From the NCBI GenBank assembly GCA_951406725.2, contig OX597815.1:211606001-211670000 (forward strand): a stretch of 64,000 bases of DNA, in the 5' to 3' direction. Below the pieces are notes generated by a model. It was not told the origin of the DNA. It searched no databases and saw nothing but the letters and a program-made list of their open reading frames with translations. The stretch is from Octopus vulgaris. Lineage: Eukaryota. Below, in pieces: positions 40,795 to 53,127 of this stretch (its first letter is position 1; each line of letters opens with the position of its first letter). A program made the translations under genes and the position numbers.

Positions 40795-41855
40795 TTTCCT
40801 TTCTTCTTTCTTATTTGTGTGTCTCTCCTGACTATTTTGTATTCCTATTGTATGTGTCTTTATTTGCGGATGCGTATACCCCTATGTGTGTCTATGTTTA
40901 GTTAGTGTGTGTGTGTGGGGGGGAAAGTGCCTGTAATATTTGTATCTCCTGTTTATACACGTTCGTGTAATTTGTTTTTTGTTTTTGTTTATTTTGTTCA
41001 TGTGTTTACACCTATTTATTATTTTTCGTATTTAAATAAATTATTATTTAAAAATTCTTTTAAAATTTTGTTAATGTAAATAGTTATTTAATTCTATTTG
41101 TTTATCTGTGTATTTTATTATGTTTTTAGTTTTGTTTATATTGTTATCAGTTTATGGGGATCTTATTCTGTCATATGTTGTGGTGTGTTGGTGGTGTATG
41201 TTGTGGTGTGTTGTGGTGTATGTATGTATATACATACATACATACATACATATATACATACATACATACATACATACATGTATGTATATACATACATACA
41301 TACATACACACGTGTGCACACATAGATATAGATTATTCCTGATTTGAACAAGGTAAAAAATGTGAGCTATATTAAGCAATGTCTCGGTTTTGTTACCATA
41401 CTCATAATCTGGGCTGATTATATCTCACTGATCCCTAAAATGATATCCCTTACTTAAATTCCAGACTACATCGATAGACTGACGCAAGTTACATATTTCT
41501 TATACACCAGAATATTATCTCTTATAAGCCTTTGTTATCTTTTCTAGTACCACCACCGCTACTAATACTACCATTAAATAGTAATATTTGTAGCACTGTT
41601 TATAATACTAATATGGTGTTACTGTTGTTGATAGATGTTGTTGATATTGTTGTTGCTGTTGTTGTTATGGGAATGGATTTGGCATAAAATTCTAGTCAAA
41701 GGAATCGGAGATTTAACGATAGAATGGTTTAAGCTTTCCAGTAGAAAACATACTGCTAAAGTTACGATGATATACGCGATGTGATACAGCGATTTGTATA
41801 CTCTGTCGCACCTGCAAGCAAGGTTGTACTTCGAAGTATTAATCTGATTCATGAC

Positions 41856-41890
<35 letters not shown>

Positions 41891-41984
41891 ACACACAGAT
41901 GTATATACACCTTTGTATGTATTCACATGTATATACACATTTACATGCATAAACATATATCAATGTACAAAGATGCTTATACAT

Positions 41985-42118
41985 GAGTGGCTGTGAAGCA
42001 AGTAGCTTGCGTGCCAACAACGTGGTTCTGGGTTCAGTCCCACTGCTACTATAGCCTTGGGCCGACCAAAGCTTTGTGAGTGGATTTGGTAGTCTGAAAC
42101 TGAAAGAAGCCCATAGTA

Positions 42119-42161
<43 letters not shown>

Positions 42162-42390
42162 ATATATGTGTGTGTGTGAGTGTGTGTGTGTGTGTTTGTC
42201 ACCTCAACATCGATTGACAACCGTTGCTGGTGTGTTTACGTCCCCGTAACTTAGCGGTTCGGCGGAAGAGCCCGAAAGAATAAGAACTAGGCTCACAAAG
42301 AATAAGTCCTGGGGTCGATTTGCTCGACTAAAGACGGTGCACCAGCATGGCCGCCGTCAAATGGCTGAAACAAATAAAAGAATAAAAGAA
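41985..42390 (+). mobile_element. SINE family A with internal deletion
   Basis: gagtggctgtg..gggttcagtcccactgc joined directly to tactatagcc; remainder collinear. Confidence 0.85.
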
Positions 42391-42396
42391 TATATA

Positions 42397-42429
<33 letters not shown>

Positions 42430-42480
42430 ATATATACATATGTATATATATGTATGCATGTATATGTATATATATATATA

Positions 42481-42860
42481 TAGGCGCAGGAGTGGCTGTG
42501 TGGTAAGTAGTTTGTTTACCAACCACATGGTTCCGGGTTCAGTCCAACTGTGTGGCACCTTGGGCAAGTGTCTTCTACTATAGCCTCGGGCCGACCAAAG
42601 CCTTGTGAGTGGATTTGGTAGACGGAAACTGAAACAAGCCCGTCGTATATATGTATGTGTGTGTGTTTGTGTGTCTGCGTTTATCCCCTTAGCATTGTTT
42701 GATGCTGGTGTGCTTACGTCCCCGTCACTTAGCGGTTCGGCAAAACAGACTGATAGAATAAGTACTGGGCTTACAAAAAATAAGTGCCGGGTTCGATTTG
42801 CTCGACTAAAGGTGGTGCTCCAGCATGGCCGCAGTCAAATGACTGAAACGAGTAAAAGAG
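42481..42860 (+). mobile_element. SINE family A, full-length
   Basis: aggcgcaggagtggctgtgtggtaag..caccttgggcaagtg..cagtcaaatgactgaaacgagtaaaagag. Confidence 0.9.
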
Positions 42861-43137
42861 TATATGTATGTATATATATATACATCAAGGCCTATATATA
42901 TATACTTACATATAGACACACATACATGTAAACTTACATTGTGTGTGTAGGTGTGTGCATCTTTATATTGGGAGAGTGTCGGTGTTAATAAAATCACTCG
43001 TTCGATTGTAGTTTCTTTTATTAGTCGTAAATAAGTAGTTAAACGGTTCATTACTTCATCAAATTATGTCACCATGTAGCAATAGACGTTTCAGTAATTG
43101 CCTCGTATCTACTTTTAGTTTCTGTTCTGATGGATAC

Positions 43138-43367
43138 TATTTCTTTACTACCCACAAGGGTCTAAACATAGAGGAGACAAACAAGGACAGACAAACGGAT
43201 TAAGTCGATTACATCGACCCCAGTGCATAACTGGTACTTATTTAATCGACCCCGAAAGGATGAAAGGCAAAGTTGACCTCGGCGGAATTTGAACTCAGAA
43301 CGTAACGGCAGACGAAATACGGCTACGCATTTCGCCCGGCATGCTAACGTTTCTGCCAGCTCGCCGC
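43138..43367 (-). mobile_element. SINE family B monomer with 16-bp TSD
   Basis: Flanked by ctgttctgatggatac (43122) and ctgttctgatgaatac (43368). Confidence 0.9.
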
Positions 43368-43883
43368 CTGTTCTGATGAATACGTTTGTAATTATGGGTA
43401 TATGTTGTCGCGTTCATGTGTGTGAGCGACAAATTGTGTGTGTGTGGCTGTGTGTGTGTGAGGCAGTGTATGTGTGTGAGAGCGTGCTGATTGTCCTTTC
43501 CTATCAGGTTTTTGATACGCAGTCACTAACAATGCACACGTGCACGCACATGCACGCATACATATATATATATTATGCTGGAACAACGCCTTGAACAATT
43601 TTAGTCGAATGAATGGCCCCTCTGATTTAGTCTTTTAAAGCCTGGTACTAATTCTATCGGTTCCTTTTACTAAACCCCTAGCTTGCAGAGACGTAAACAC
43701 ACTAACACCAGTTGTCACGCGGTGGAGAACACAAACACACCACACACAAGGCACACACCCATATATATATATATATATATATATAACGGGAAGCTTTATG
43801 AAAATAGACAAAAGACGAAGGCAGGTGGAAAACAAACAAACAATTGTATTAGTATGGCGCTCAGGAAATATAAATAAAACCAG

Positions 43884-43921
43884 TCTTTAACGTTTCGAGC
43901 CTACGCTCTTCAACAGAAAGA
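43884..43921 (-). ncRNA. Minimal hammerhead motif (A6U variant) within a ~200-bp dispersed module (43787-43997)
   Basis: Minus strand tcttt-CTGTTGA-a-GAGC-gtag-GCTC-GAA-ACGT-T-aaaga: 5-bp stem I, 4-bp stem II, loopless palindromic stem III. Confidence 0.6.
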
Positions 43922-43995
43922 TACACAGAGAGAAAAAAAAACACAGAAAGACGGAGAGAAAAAAAATGCGTGCAGTAACTAACGAATCAACATGG

Positions 43996-44036
<41 letters not shown>

Positions 44037-44446
44037 GGTATGTAGAAAAATACAACATGGACAAGAACGTATAACTCTTAGAAGACGATACAATAAACAC
44101 GGACAGGACATTCGAAACCCTCAGTCTTCAGTCAAGAACCGGATCATCGTAGTAATTTCGGCTGATTAATCTTATATATATATATATATTTCAACAATTG
44201 AGGGTAAAATTAATTAATTAATCAATTTCACCAAGTGTTCAGTATGCAAAGGGACCATTTAAGGCGAATTCAAATTATTACATTATATAAAAGGGCTTAG
44301 TAAAATAAATTACTTTGCCGCATACTGAACTCATTAGAAATAGCAGCTAAAAAAACTTTTTTTAAACTATTTCCAATACTTAAAGATGGGAAGCCGAAAA
44401 GGTATGCTCCTATTTTCAGTGTTTTCAAATCCAAACCAGGGAGTTC

Positions 44447-44499
44447 TGAGCTGATGATAGAAGTGTCGTTTTTGACTAATCTTGAAACGTACGTTCTCA
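44447..44499 (+). ncRNA. Type I hammerhead ribozyme, canonical core (copy 1)
   Basis: tgag-CTGATGA-(t-aga..gtc-gttttt-gac..tct-t)-GAA-ACGTACGT-T-ctca; palindromic stem III, GUU triplet. Confidence 0.75.
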
Positions 44500-45004
44500 A
44501 ATAACCTTTGCATTTGATTTTTTAATGTTTCTACCCTCATACTTTCGTGAGTTGAATTGAGCAAACACTATATGAGAGAGATTTTCTTTAAGTATTGGAA
44601 ATAGTTTTAAAAAGTTTTTTTTAGCTGCTATTTCTAATGAGTTCAGTTTGCGGCAAAGTAATTTATTTTACTAAGCCCTTTTATATAATGTAATAATTTG
44701 AATTCGCCTTAAATGGTCCCTTTGCATACTGAACACTTGGTGAAATTGATTAATTAATTAATTTTACCCTCAATTGTTGAAATTATAATTCATCTCTCTC
44801 TATTTAATGCCTCGGATTTTACCGAAAAAAGCATGTTGTTTGTTGATTTTAACCCACGCTGGTGGAAGGGGGAGAACAGAAATTCTTCGCTTGCATATTT
44901 GAATATGCTGGCACTGTTAGCTTCGAGTAGATCTTCAGAGGCGATGGGAAGCCGAAAAGGTATGCTCCTATTTTCAGTGTTTTCAAATCCAAACCAGGGA
45001 GTTC

Positions 45005-45056
45005 TGAGCTGATGATAGAAGTGTCGTTTTGACTAATCTTGAAACGTACGTTCTCA
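45005..45056 (+). ncRNA. Type I hammerhead ribozyme, canonical core (copy 2)
   Basis: Identical to copy 1 except for one T in the stem II loop; 558 nt downstream. Confidence 0.75.
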
Positions 45057-45237
45057 AATAACCTTTGCATTTGATTTTTAATGTTTCTACCCTCATACTT
45101 TCGTGAGTTGAATTGAGCAAACACTATATGATAGAGATTTTCTTTAAGTATTGGAAATAGTTTTAAAAAAGTTTTTTTAGCTGCTATTTCTAATGAGTTC
45201 AGTATGCGGCAAAGTAATTTATTTTACTAAGCCCTTT

Positions 45238-45319
<82 letters not shown>

Positions 45320-45321
<2 letters not shown>

Positions 45322-45625
45322 AGGCACATGGCCTGGCCTAGTGGTTAGAGCAGCGGACTCGCGGTCGAGGGATCGCGGGTTCGAATCTCAGATCGGGCGA
45401 TGTGTGTGTTTATGAGCGAAACACCTGAGCTCAACGCGGCTCCGGCAGAAATTAATGGCGAACTTCTGCAGAGTCTTTCGCCACAACTTACTCTCACCCT
45501 TTTCTCCTGCATCTTGCAGCGCACCTGCGACGGACCGGCGTCCCGTCCAAGTGGGGAACCTATACGCCAAGGAAACTTGGAAACCTGCCCTTATGAGCCA
45601 GGCATGGTTCGAGAACGAACAAAGA
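45320..45625 (+). mobile_element. SINE family C-related subfamily
   Basis: tRNA-like head with GGTTCGAATC B-box; matches the reverse of 36024-36318. Confidence 0.85.
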
Positions 45626-45654
45626 ACTATGTATATATATATATATATATACAC

Positions 45655-45812
45655 CACGAGTTTTTTTTTCAGTTTCCGTCTACTAAATTTCCAGTCACAA
45701 GGCTTTGGTCGCTCTGAAGGTTTATAAGTAGAAGATACTTGCCCAAAGTGTTGCGCATTGGGACTGAACCCATAAGCATGAGGTTGCGAAACAAGTTTCT
45801 TACCACACAGCC
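45655..45812 (-). mobile_element. SINE family A 5' half, degenerate
   Basis: ttcagtttccgtctac..acaaggctttggtcg..acttgcccaaagtg..gggactgaaccc..cttaccacacagcc. Confidence 0.75.
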
Positions 45813-46663
45813 GCACATTTTGACACCATTTTATATTTTTAATTACGCGCGTGCACAGTGTTTGTTTTTGATTTTTCAACTAGACAGTATAGGACGGTCA
45901 GTTGGGCACCATCTGTAACACAAACATCACCATGACGCAATTCACTATGCCAGAAATTTGGAAACGACATGCTGTACTGCTTGGCAATCGCGCCGGAAGT
46001 GCCAATACGAACATTTCAGGGTGTTTGGGTGTCAATCTGGACACAACGCAATCTGAGGATATGTCTTGAGAGTGATAAAAATCAAGCATCCAGTCAACAT
46101 CATGGTGTTTAGAGTGATCGATAGTGATGGCAACGTTATGCCTCCATTCCTCTTCCCATACGGCCTCAGATTCAACACGGAGGCCTACACCAAGTGCCTG
46201 GAGGAGGTAGTGCTGCCCTGGGTCAAGAGTGTGGCTGCTGGAGGGCCACATGTCTGACAACAGGACTCTGAACCATGCCATACAAGCAGGAGAATCCAGT
46301 GATGGCTATCAGACAATTTCTGCGACCCCTAACATCTGGCCACCTAACTCCCCACAATGCAACCCCCATGATTATTATGCATGAGGCGCAGTTGAGTGAG
46401 AGACCAACAAAACTCCTTGTAACACCAAAGATGAACTGAAGGCAAGGATTACTGCAGCATTGACCAACTTAAACGAGGAGACCGTCCAGAAGCGTTGTCA
46501 GGAGGCCGTGGTTGAAGCCAATGGCTATTTTATTGAATAAATTTTATCTTTAGTATTTCACGATATTTTTATGTAATTTCGGTAAATACATCTATTAAAA
46601 TGAGATGTCAGTGTTATTTTCATTTTTGCTTAATTTGGACGACAGTTTATTCGCCGCACCCTG
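45813..46663 (+). pseudogene. Decayed Tc1/mariner-superfamily transposon (DDD-type, maT-like), internally deleted
   Basis: KHPVNIMVF..SDGNVMPP..Y.KCLEEVVLPW..(stop)QQDS.PCHT..WPPNSP.CNP.DY; right terminus ..cgccgcaccctg followed by TA; left TIR not seen. Confidence 0.85.
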
Positions 46664-47290
46664 TACATATATACATATACAGACTGTCAGGCCGATATTG
46701 AGTGCTACTGCTAATGTGTAAAACAGTACAACTTGTGGTATGGTATAGCTGGCGGCGACTAAACCGGAAACAACACCCAGTCCTCTTGGTGAGAAGGGAG
46801 AACTTTGGAGGGGCTACGGATATCAAGATTCAAGATCTGTCAAAGGCTGGATGAACTCAAGAGGATTCAAGACCATTCAGTTAAATAACATATATATATA
46901 AAACTGTGTGTGAGTGTGTATGCGAGGGTTTACAAATTTTGAGTTTGTTACAGAAGTGCGCTTTCAACCTAGCGGGTGGGGTTGGACACCAAACTGTACT
47001 GAATGCATCTAACCAAAGAGATGGATAGCTCTAATGTAAAGTATGGGGTATATTGTTCCTTGAGTAAGTGGCAAATATATACACCAACTTTCTGCTATCA
47101 GCATTTCCAAGAAGTGTGACTGGGCATATAAACAAGCCACGAACCACAAAAACAAATCCTGTCTCTCGGTAGTCTAACAGCTAAGTTGATGGACATTCAC
47201 GTGTCGAGATCGACGAGAAAATACTCAAAACATACAAACACAAACGCAAACACACACGCACACACTCACACACACACACATACATACATA

Positions 47291-47833
47291 TCTATATATA
47301 TAAAACTGTAGTTGTGTGAGTGTCTGTCCCCTTCGATTTAGATTCCTAACTAATCCTACATTTTGCGGTGCAGTTTAACCAAATTCGGGTATCTTATAGT
47401 CGTGATTCATATCGAGCCCGTCTGGCTATTAGCGCGCGTCTACGATGAGTCTACGATGAGTCTACGATTTTAAAAATAATTTAACATCATTTTTTATCCC
47501 ATTTTAATGCATAATTTTTCGTGTGTCGATGGCGGCGGAGTTGGCGTCTACGCTCACGCCTGTACCTGTTTGCTTCTCCCCCTTCTTCCCTCCCTCGTGA
47601 AGCTGTGGGGAAGGGAGTGTAAGGAAATCAACGTCGTAATGCGTTGTCAAGGAGACCAGCGTTCTTTTAGAACAACGACTTCATGGCTTGAAGACACTGA
47701 GTCAACGATTTAAAAAAAAAATTATCATCATTTTTTATTCCATCTTTAATGCATTTTTTTGCTATAACTCTCTAAAAATGCTTATATAGTTATTTCCCTT
47801 ACAAACCCGAGCAACGCCGGGCGATACTGCTAG
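47291..47833 (+). mobile_element. Non-autonomous Helitron-like element
   Basis: A|TCTATATATATAAAACTGTAGTTGTG...CCCGAGCAACGCCGGG hairpin-CGATACTGCTAG|T; internal duplication at ~47464-47520 and ~47704-47760. Confidence 0.8.
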
Positions 47834-48169
47834 TATGTTATGGAAGGATTCCGACCCGGCCCACAAGTGATTAAAAGTGGACTGACACATTACTATAAAA
47901 GAAAAACCCGTGCACCACTTTAAACAATCTGTACATACATACATACATACATACATACATACATACATGCATACAAAGGAACCTGGTGCAGTTCCTGGCC
48001 ATACCAGTTCCTGTCAAGCCGTCCAACCCATGCCAGCATGAAAAACGGATGTTAAATGTTGATGTGATAAGGGGGATACTCAAAAGATTAGTTGTATGAC
48101 TACATGCAAGAAATATTGAACAACGTACGTATTACGCATAATATACAATTTGTATATATATGCATAATG

Positions 48170-48206
<37 letters not shown>

Positions 48207-48675
48207 TGTGGTGTGTGTGTGTAAGTTTAAAGGCGAACACAAATAACAAAACAACAAGGATACCAGATATATTCACAGTTAATATTATTAGCTGACGCTT
48301 AAGGGAGAATAGAAAGATTGAAAGTTTAGGATTTCTTCCCAGGAGAGACGAAGAGAAGAAAGAGAAGAAAGGAGACGTGAAAAGAAAGAAGTGTTTTCGG
48401 GAAAACGCACGTAGTGAGGTTCTCCTCACATGTACGACCTCTGAATAATTGAAAGGCATGAGAAATAATTGTGACTTTAATGGCAACGGAGCGATGCAGG
48501 AGTGCCCGTTCGTTATTGCCAAAGTATGCGGACGTCTGTGTATGTTTATATGTACCAATATCCGCATGTGTAACTAAATATATATAGGGAGAGTTTACGG
48601 AAAAAACAAAAGACGAAGACAGGTGGTGTACAAAACAAGCAGATGTATTAGTATAACGCTCAGGAATAGAAAAAG

Positions 48676-48713
48676 TATTTTACGTTTCGAGCCTACGCTC
48701 TTCTACAGAAAGG
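48676..48713 (-). ncRNA. Minimal hammerhead motif (A6U variant), same family as 43884-43921
   Basis: Minus strand ttt-CTGTAGA-a-GAGC-gtag-GCTC-GAA-ACGT-A-aaa; host module 48587-48762 is homologous to 43787-43997. Confidence 0.55.
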
Positions 48714-48776
48714 GACACAGAAAAAAACAAGGAGAGAGAAAAATGTATGTAGTGGCTAACGATATATATTGCCGAC

Positions 48777-48808
<32 letters not shown>

Positions 48809-49377
48809 TATAAGCATTGGAAGCAGACTTTTCTGCGTCATAACTTCTACATTTTCTTTCAGATATTTATCTTCCTCAGTTTAAGCAGTGTGTTTGCTCC
48901 ATCACGGACGATGTATGAATACCATGGCTGTCGTCTCGTCTGCTAGGTCATCTCCAGCTTTCTTGTCTTTTGACTTCGTCTGAGAGAGAATGATAACGTC
49001 CAGGATCTTTTATTTTTTCAGAACTTTACGGAGAACAAGGAAAATTTCCTTCAAACAGGAGGCTTGAGATGCACGTCCAGATAAGGAATATTAAACGGAA
49101 CCACTAATTAAACCTGACACTCAACATCTCAATAATTGCCGCATGAATAAAGAGATGGAATAAATACTACAAGGAATCCTCGTTCAATGTTATAACAATT
49201 CCAGCACGCCATCAGCCTGCGCAAGACCTATGTTTTACCGAACCCAGAAGGATGGCATCCCAAGTAAATCTCGACTATTATTATTGCTAAGAGAGAGTTG
49301 AGTATCCATTACCTGCTGTCCTATGCTCTGATGCGTCTGTAGAACCTGCCTTGCAAGGTTCTACAAATATTGGTTTC

Positions 49378-49592
49378 AAATTTTGGCACAAGGCCAGCAA
49401 TTTCGTGGGAGTTGAGGTTAGTCGATAGCAGTGACCCCAGTGGTCAATTAGTACTTACTTTATCGAGCCTGAAAGGGATAAAAGACAAAGTCTACCTTGG
49501 CGGAATATGAACTCAGAACGTAAAGACAAACGAAATGCCACCAAGCATTTCGCTCGTCGTGCTAAAGATTCTGTCGACTCGCGGCCTTAAGG
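49378..49592 (-). mobile_element. Old family B SINE
   Basis: ggcacaaggccagcaattt..gaccccagtg..aagtctaccttggcggaatatgaactcagaacgtaaagac..aagcatttcgc. Confidence 0.75.
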
Positions 49593-51465
49593 TTCAACAA
49601 ATATTGATTTCCGAGTTAAGCACAAGGTCAGAATTTTTGAAGGGAGAAATGCCATCGACCCGAGTAATTGACTGGTATTTTAATCGAAAAGTTAAAAGGC
49701 AAAGTTGAATGCCCTCGACGGTAACTCAAAAAGTAAGAAGCCGAAAGAAATACTGTAAAACGTTTTTCCAGACACTCGATCCTACCAATCTACCACCCCA
49801 GTGTTTAGAAATATTTTATGTACTAACTGACCTTAAGCCACCACCCACCCAATAACTTATTTTTTACATAATTCAATACCATCTTTCAAGTCAACTCTAT
49901 TCCCAGAGTTATATTTTCCTTGGCTTCATACCATAGGGAAATATATCTCTTCACCATATACATGCCAATAGCTCCCCTCTCTCTGATAAGATATATTCTA
50001 TACTGCTGTAAACGGCTTTGTACCGACCATATTTCGTGTCTTTGAGCTTAAATATTTAATTTTTTTTTTTCTACACCCTTCCATTTTCCGTAGAGATTTG
50101 CTTTTTAAAATCCTATATTGCATTTATCCATATTCAGTACTTCACGAACATGACATTATACCAATCTTCTTGTCAGCAGTTCACTGCAATGCTCTTAGTC
50201 ATAATTTGTTGTTATTGTTGTTGGTGGTGATGCTGTTGCATTATAAAATCTTTGCTGTATTTTCGCTTTACATGCTAAATAGCATAAAAAATATCCAAAT
50301 GCATTTTGTCGTCAGCTTTATAAATAAACATTTCGCCAGAAAATATCCAGTTTTAGTTTTTCCCTTCACACAGATTTAAAATATAAATTAATAAACAAAA
50401 GAGTTTAACATACAAACATATCGTAACCACAACAAATGTTACATTTCGCCATATTGTCAAAAAGAGGCTCCGGTCAGGCTAGTTTAGTTTAAAAACTTTG
50501 AAGTTTTCTTCACTTGCTAAGCGTTTCTTAAAATTCTCGAATTCGCCATTTAACGAAATCAGCGACTTAGTATTTATTTTTACATTCAAGTGAAACTTAA
50601 TTACATTTTTTTTTTTCACATTTCAACAAATTCAGAATTGCACACACACGTATACAAAACCACCCACACGCTCGATGGGACACCAGAGAAAAACATGCAC
50701 AAATTTACATAGCTATTTTTTCACTCAAGTGCTTACAGAAACATATGCATAGATCTGTGTTTCAGTATATGAATGTATGCATGTATGCATAATCATACAA
50801 GTAAAAACAATAAAGTAATAAATCCGATGAGTCACTTAATTTGTTCTTCGAGCTAAAGGTTCGTTGTCTTTGCGTTATTATTACATATACATGCATATAT
50901 GCATATGTATACGATATCATAAATTGCAGACGATATGTGCGAGAAGTAATGGGTATGCAACCTGCAAATAGTCACATGAAGTTATTACAATAAGTCCGGG
51001 TCCCCACATCAAGAATAGATTTGTAGATATGCTCACGATATATGTATATATATATATATATTAGAAGGTTTGGAGATGATGTACAGGAATTTTATATTAG
51101 AAGAAATGAGGTACTCAGAAATTTGGATGGTTTTATATTTACAGATATTTATTTGTATATTACATGTTTTTATACATCATATGTATGTCATACATCATAT
51201 AATAGCGCTTTCGTCCATTCTATATATATATATATATATTATATATATATGTATGTATGTATGTGTGTATATATATATTTAAAAACACATACATTCATAT
51301 ATGCATACATATATATATATATATATGCATATATGAATGTATGCGTTTATGTATATATATATATATATAATCTTTAGAAATCTGTTTATATTATGTTACT
51401 TAATTATCTACATTACTTCATGAGTATAGCCTCAACCACTAGGATGTCTAGAGAACTCACATGTA

Positions 51466-51556
51466 TTTTAGCTGATGAGTACGGGACACGTTTATATGCT
51501 GTAATTTTTGCAACTTTTAATAAAGCCTGTCCTTGTATGAAACGATTGTACTAAAA
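51466..51556 (+). ncRNA. Type I hammerhead ribozyme, canonical core, long stem II
   Basis: ttttag-CTGATGA-gtac-gggaca..tgtcctt-gtat-GAA-ACGATTGT-A-ctaaaa: 6-bp stem I, ~10-bp stem II base, near-palindromic stem III, GUA triplet; module 51370-51588 lies between (TA)n tracts. Confidence 0.8.
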
Positions 51557-51586
51557 ACCTATCCATTCTTGTTGCTTCTTTCTCGC

Positions 51587-51618
<32 letters not shown>

Positions 51619-53044
51619 CGCATACTTAATTAAAAACTTTGCCTAACTTACGATCGTCGAATCTCCCTATTTGGACCTGGAACTGTCATTGCAAAAATGG
51701 CTGCGGAAGACATGAGATCTACGCGGTTTGCCTTTCGGGAAAGTAAATTTTTAAAATTGATAATGATAATAGTATTGTTTTGCATTTTTTGGTTTGTTTG
51801 TTTGTTTGTTGTTTGTTGTGTTTTTTTTGCTATACTTTCCCCTTACAATAAATTGATAATTGGTTTATTTACTCTCTCCCGAATGTCATAATTTGTAGAG
51901 TTCACTTCCTCCGCGGGCATTTTTGCCATATTGGCACACACGCACCTGCTTCACACCACCCCGTCACTTTTACATCCAGGTGTCATCATTCCTCTTCAGC
52001 CAAATCCAATGACTGGCTCTCTGTTGCTACTATCTTTATATCTGTTAGTATCGTCACTCTGATACATTCTAAACACCGTAACTATACGACATTCTGCTTA
52101 TAAGAAGAACGCCTTTTTCTGATGATTTGTTGCTGCAGAACTGTACTGCTTCCTTGTTTATTGGTTAAACAATACTTTCCAGAGCGCTCGTTTCAACGAT
52201 CACGATGCCGCTTGTTTTGTATATATAAACGTTTTCAATGAATGCACGGCAGCGAAAGAGTTACTTGCGCTCAGCAGTATATGATGCGACATTCACAGGT
52301 TGTTTTGATAGCTGGCAACCCCACCACTCTCTCTCTCTCTCTCTCTCTCTTTCTTTCTCTCTCTCACCCACTCTCTCAATCTTTCTCCCTTGCTCCCCAA
52401 TCTTGTTTTTTTTGTATAATTGTTGTTTAATATATCTATGGTAATTAATAGTTTCTGGCCTTAAGTTTATGGCTCAGATCTCATCAAGCATTCATCGATC
52501 AACTGAAATGCTACGCCAGGCGCAGGTGTAGCATCCTAATCACATGGCAACTGTAGCAGCGTAGTTCTCCGCCGAAACAATTGTAGCGATTAAAAAAATC
52601 CCTGTCCAACCCTACTCCTTCTTGTTGGCTGCAATTTCTTCAGTTTTATATTCACACACAACGAATGCCCAAACTTAAACTTGGAAGTATATAATAATAC
52701 AACCGAATAGTACTTAGCAATGCTGCAGGTGGATGAGCTTTATATTGTACTCTACCACGTTCCTAATGGAATATATCATAACTATATGTAGGTGTGTCTG
52801 TGTTTGTCCCCCTGCCATTGCTTGAAAAACGATGGCGGTGTATTTATGTCCCTGTAGCTTAGCAAATTAACAAAAGAAATCGATAGAATAAGTACTAGGC
52901 TTACAAAGAATAAATCCTGGTGTCTATATTTTCGACTAAAAATGACTGAAACAAAGGAATAAAAGAATGTGTGTATATATATATATATATATATGAATAA
53001 ATGAAAGAATGGAGTCGAATGAAGATTTTAACAAAATTCCTTTA

Positions 53045-53127
53045 CTCTCGACACATGTTTCGAAGACGGCATACTTTTAATTCCGAAGGAATAAATGGTG
53101 CATTATGCCATCTTCTCACCAGGAAAG
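53045..53127 (-). ncRNA. Type I hammerhead ribozyme motif (A6G variant)
   Basis: Minus strand ctttc-CTGGTGA-gaagatggcata..tatgccgtcttc-GAA-ACATGTGT-C-gagag: 12-bp stem II, 5-bp stem I, GUC triplet; module lies between (TA)n tracts. Confidence 0.7.

Larger units (their letters stand above)
44189..45245 (+). mobile_element. Non-coding Penelope-like/retrozyme-like element: inverted 5' segment plus partial tandem of a 558-bp unit, inserted in (TA)n
   Basis: 44189-44385 is the reverse complement of 44585-44782; 44385-44685 is directly repeated at 44943-45243; each direct copy carries a hammerhead. Confidence 0.75.

Noticed and set aside
13240-45390. tRNA genes at 13240, 24891, 35529, 36250 and 45320
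   Set aside because: A and B boxes are present but run into SINE bodies with tails and TSDs; no complete cloverleaf
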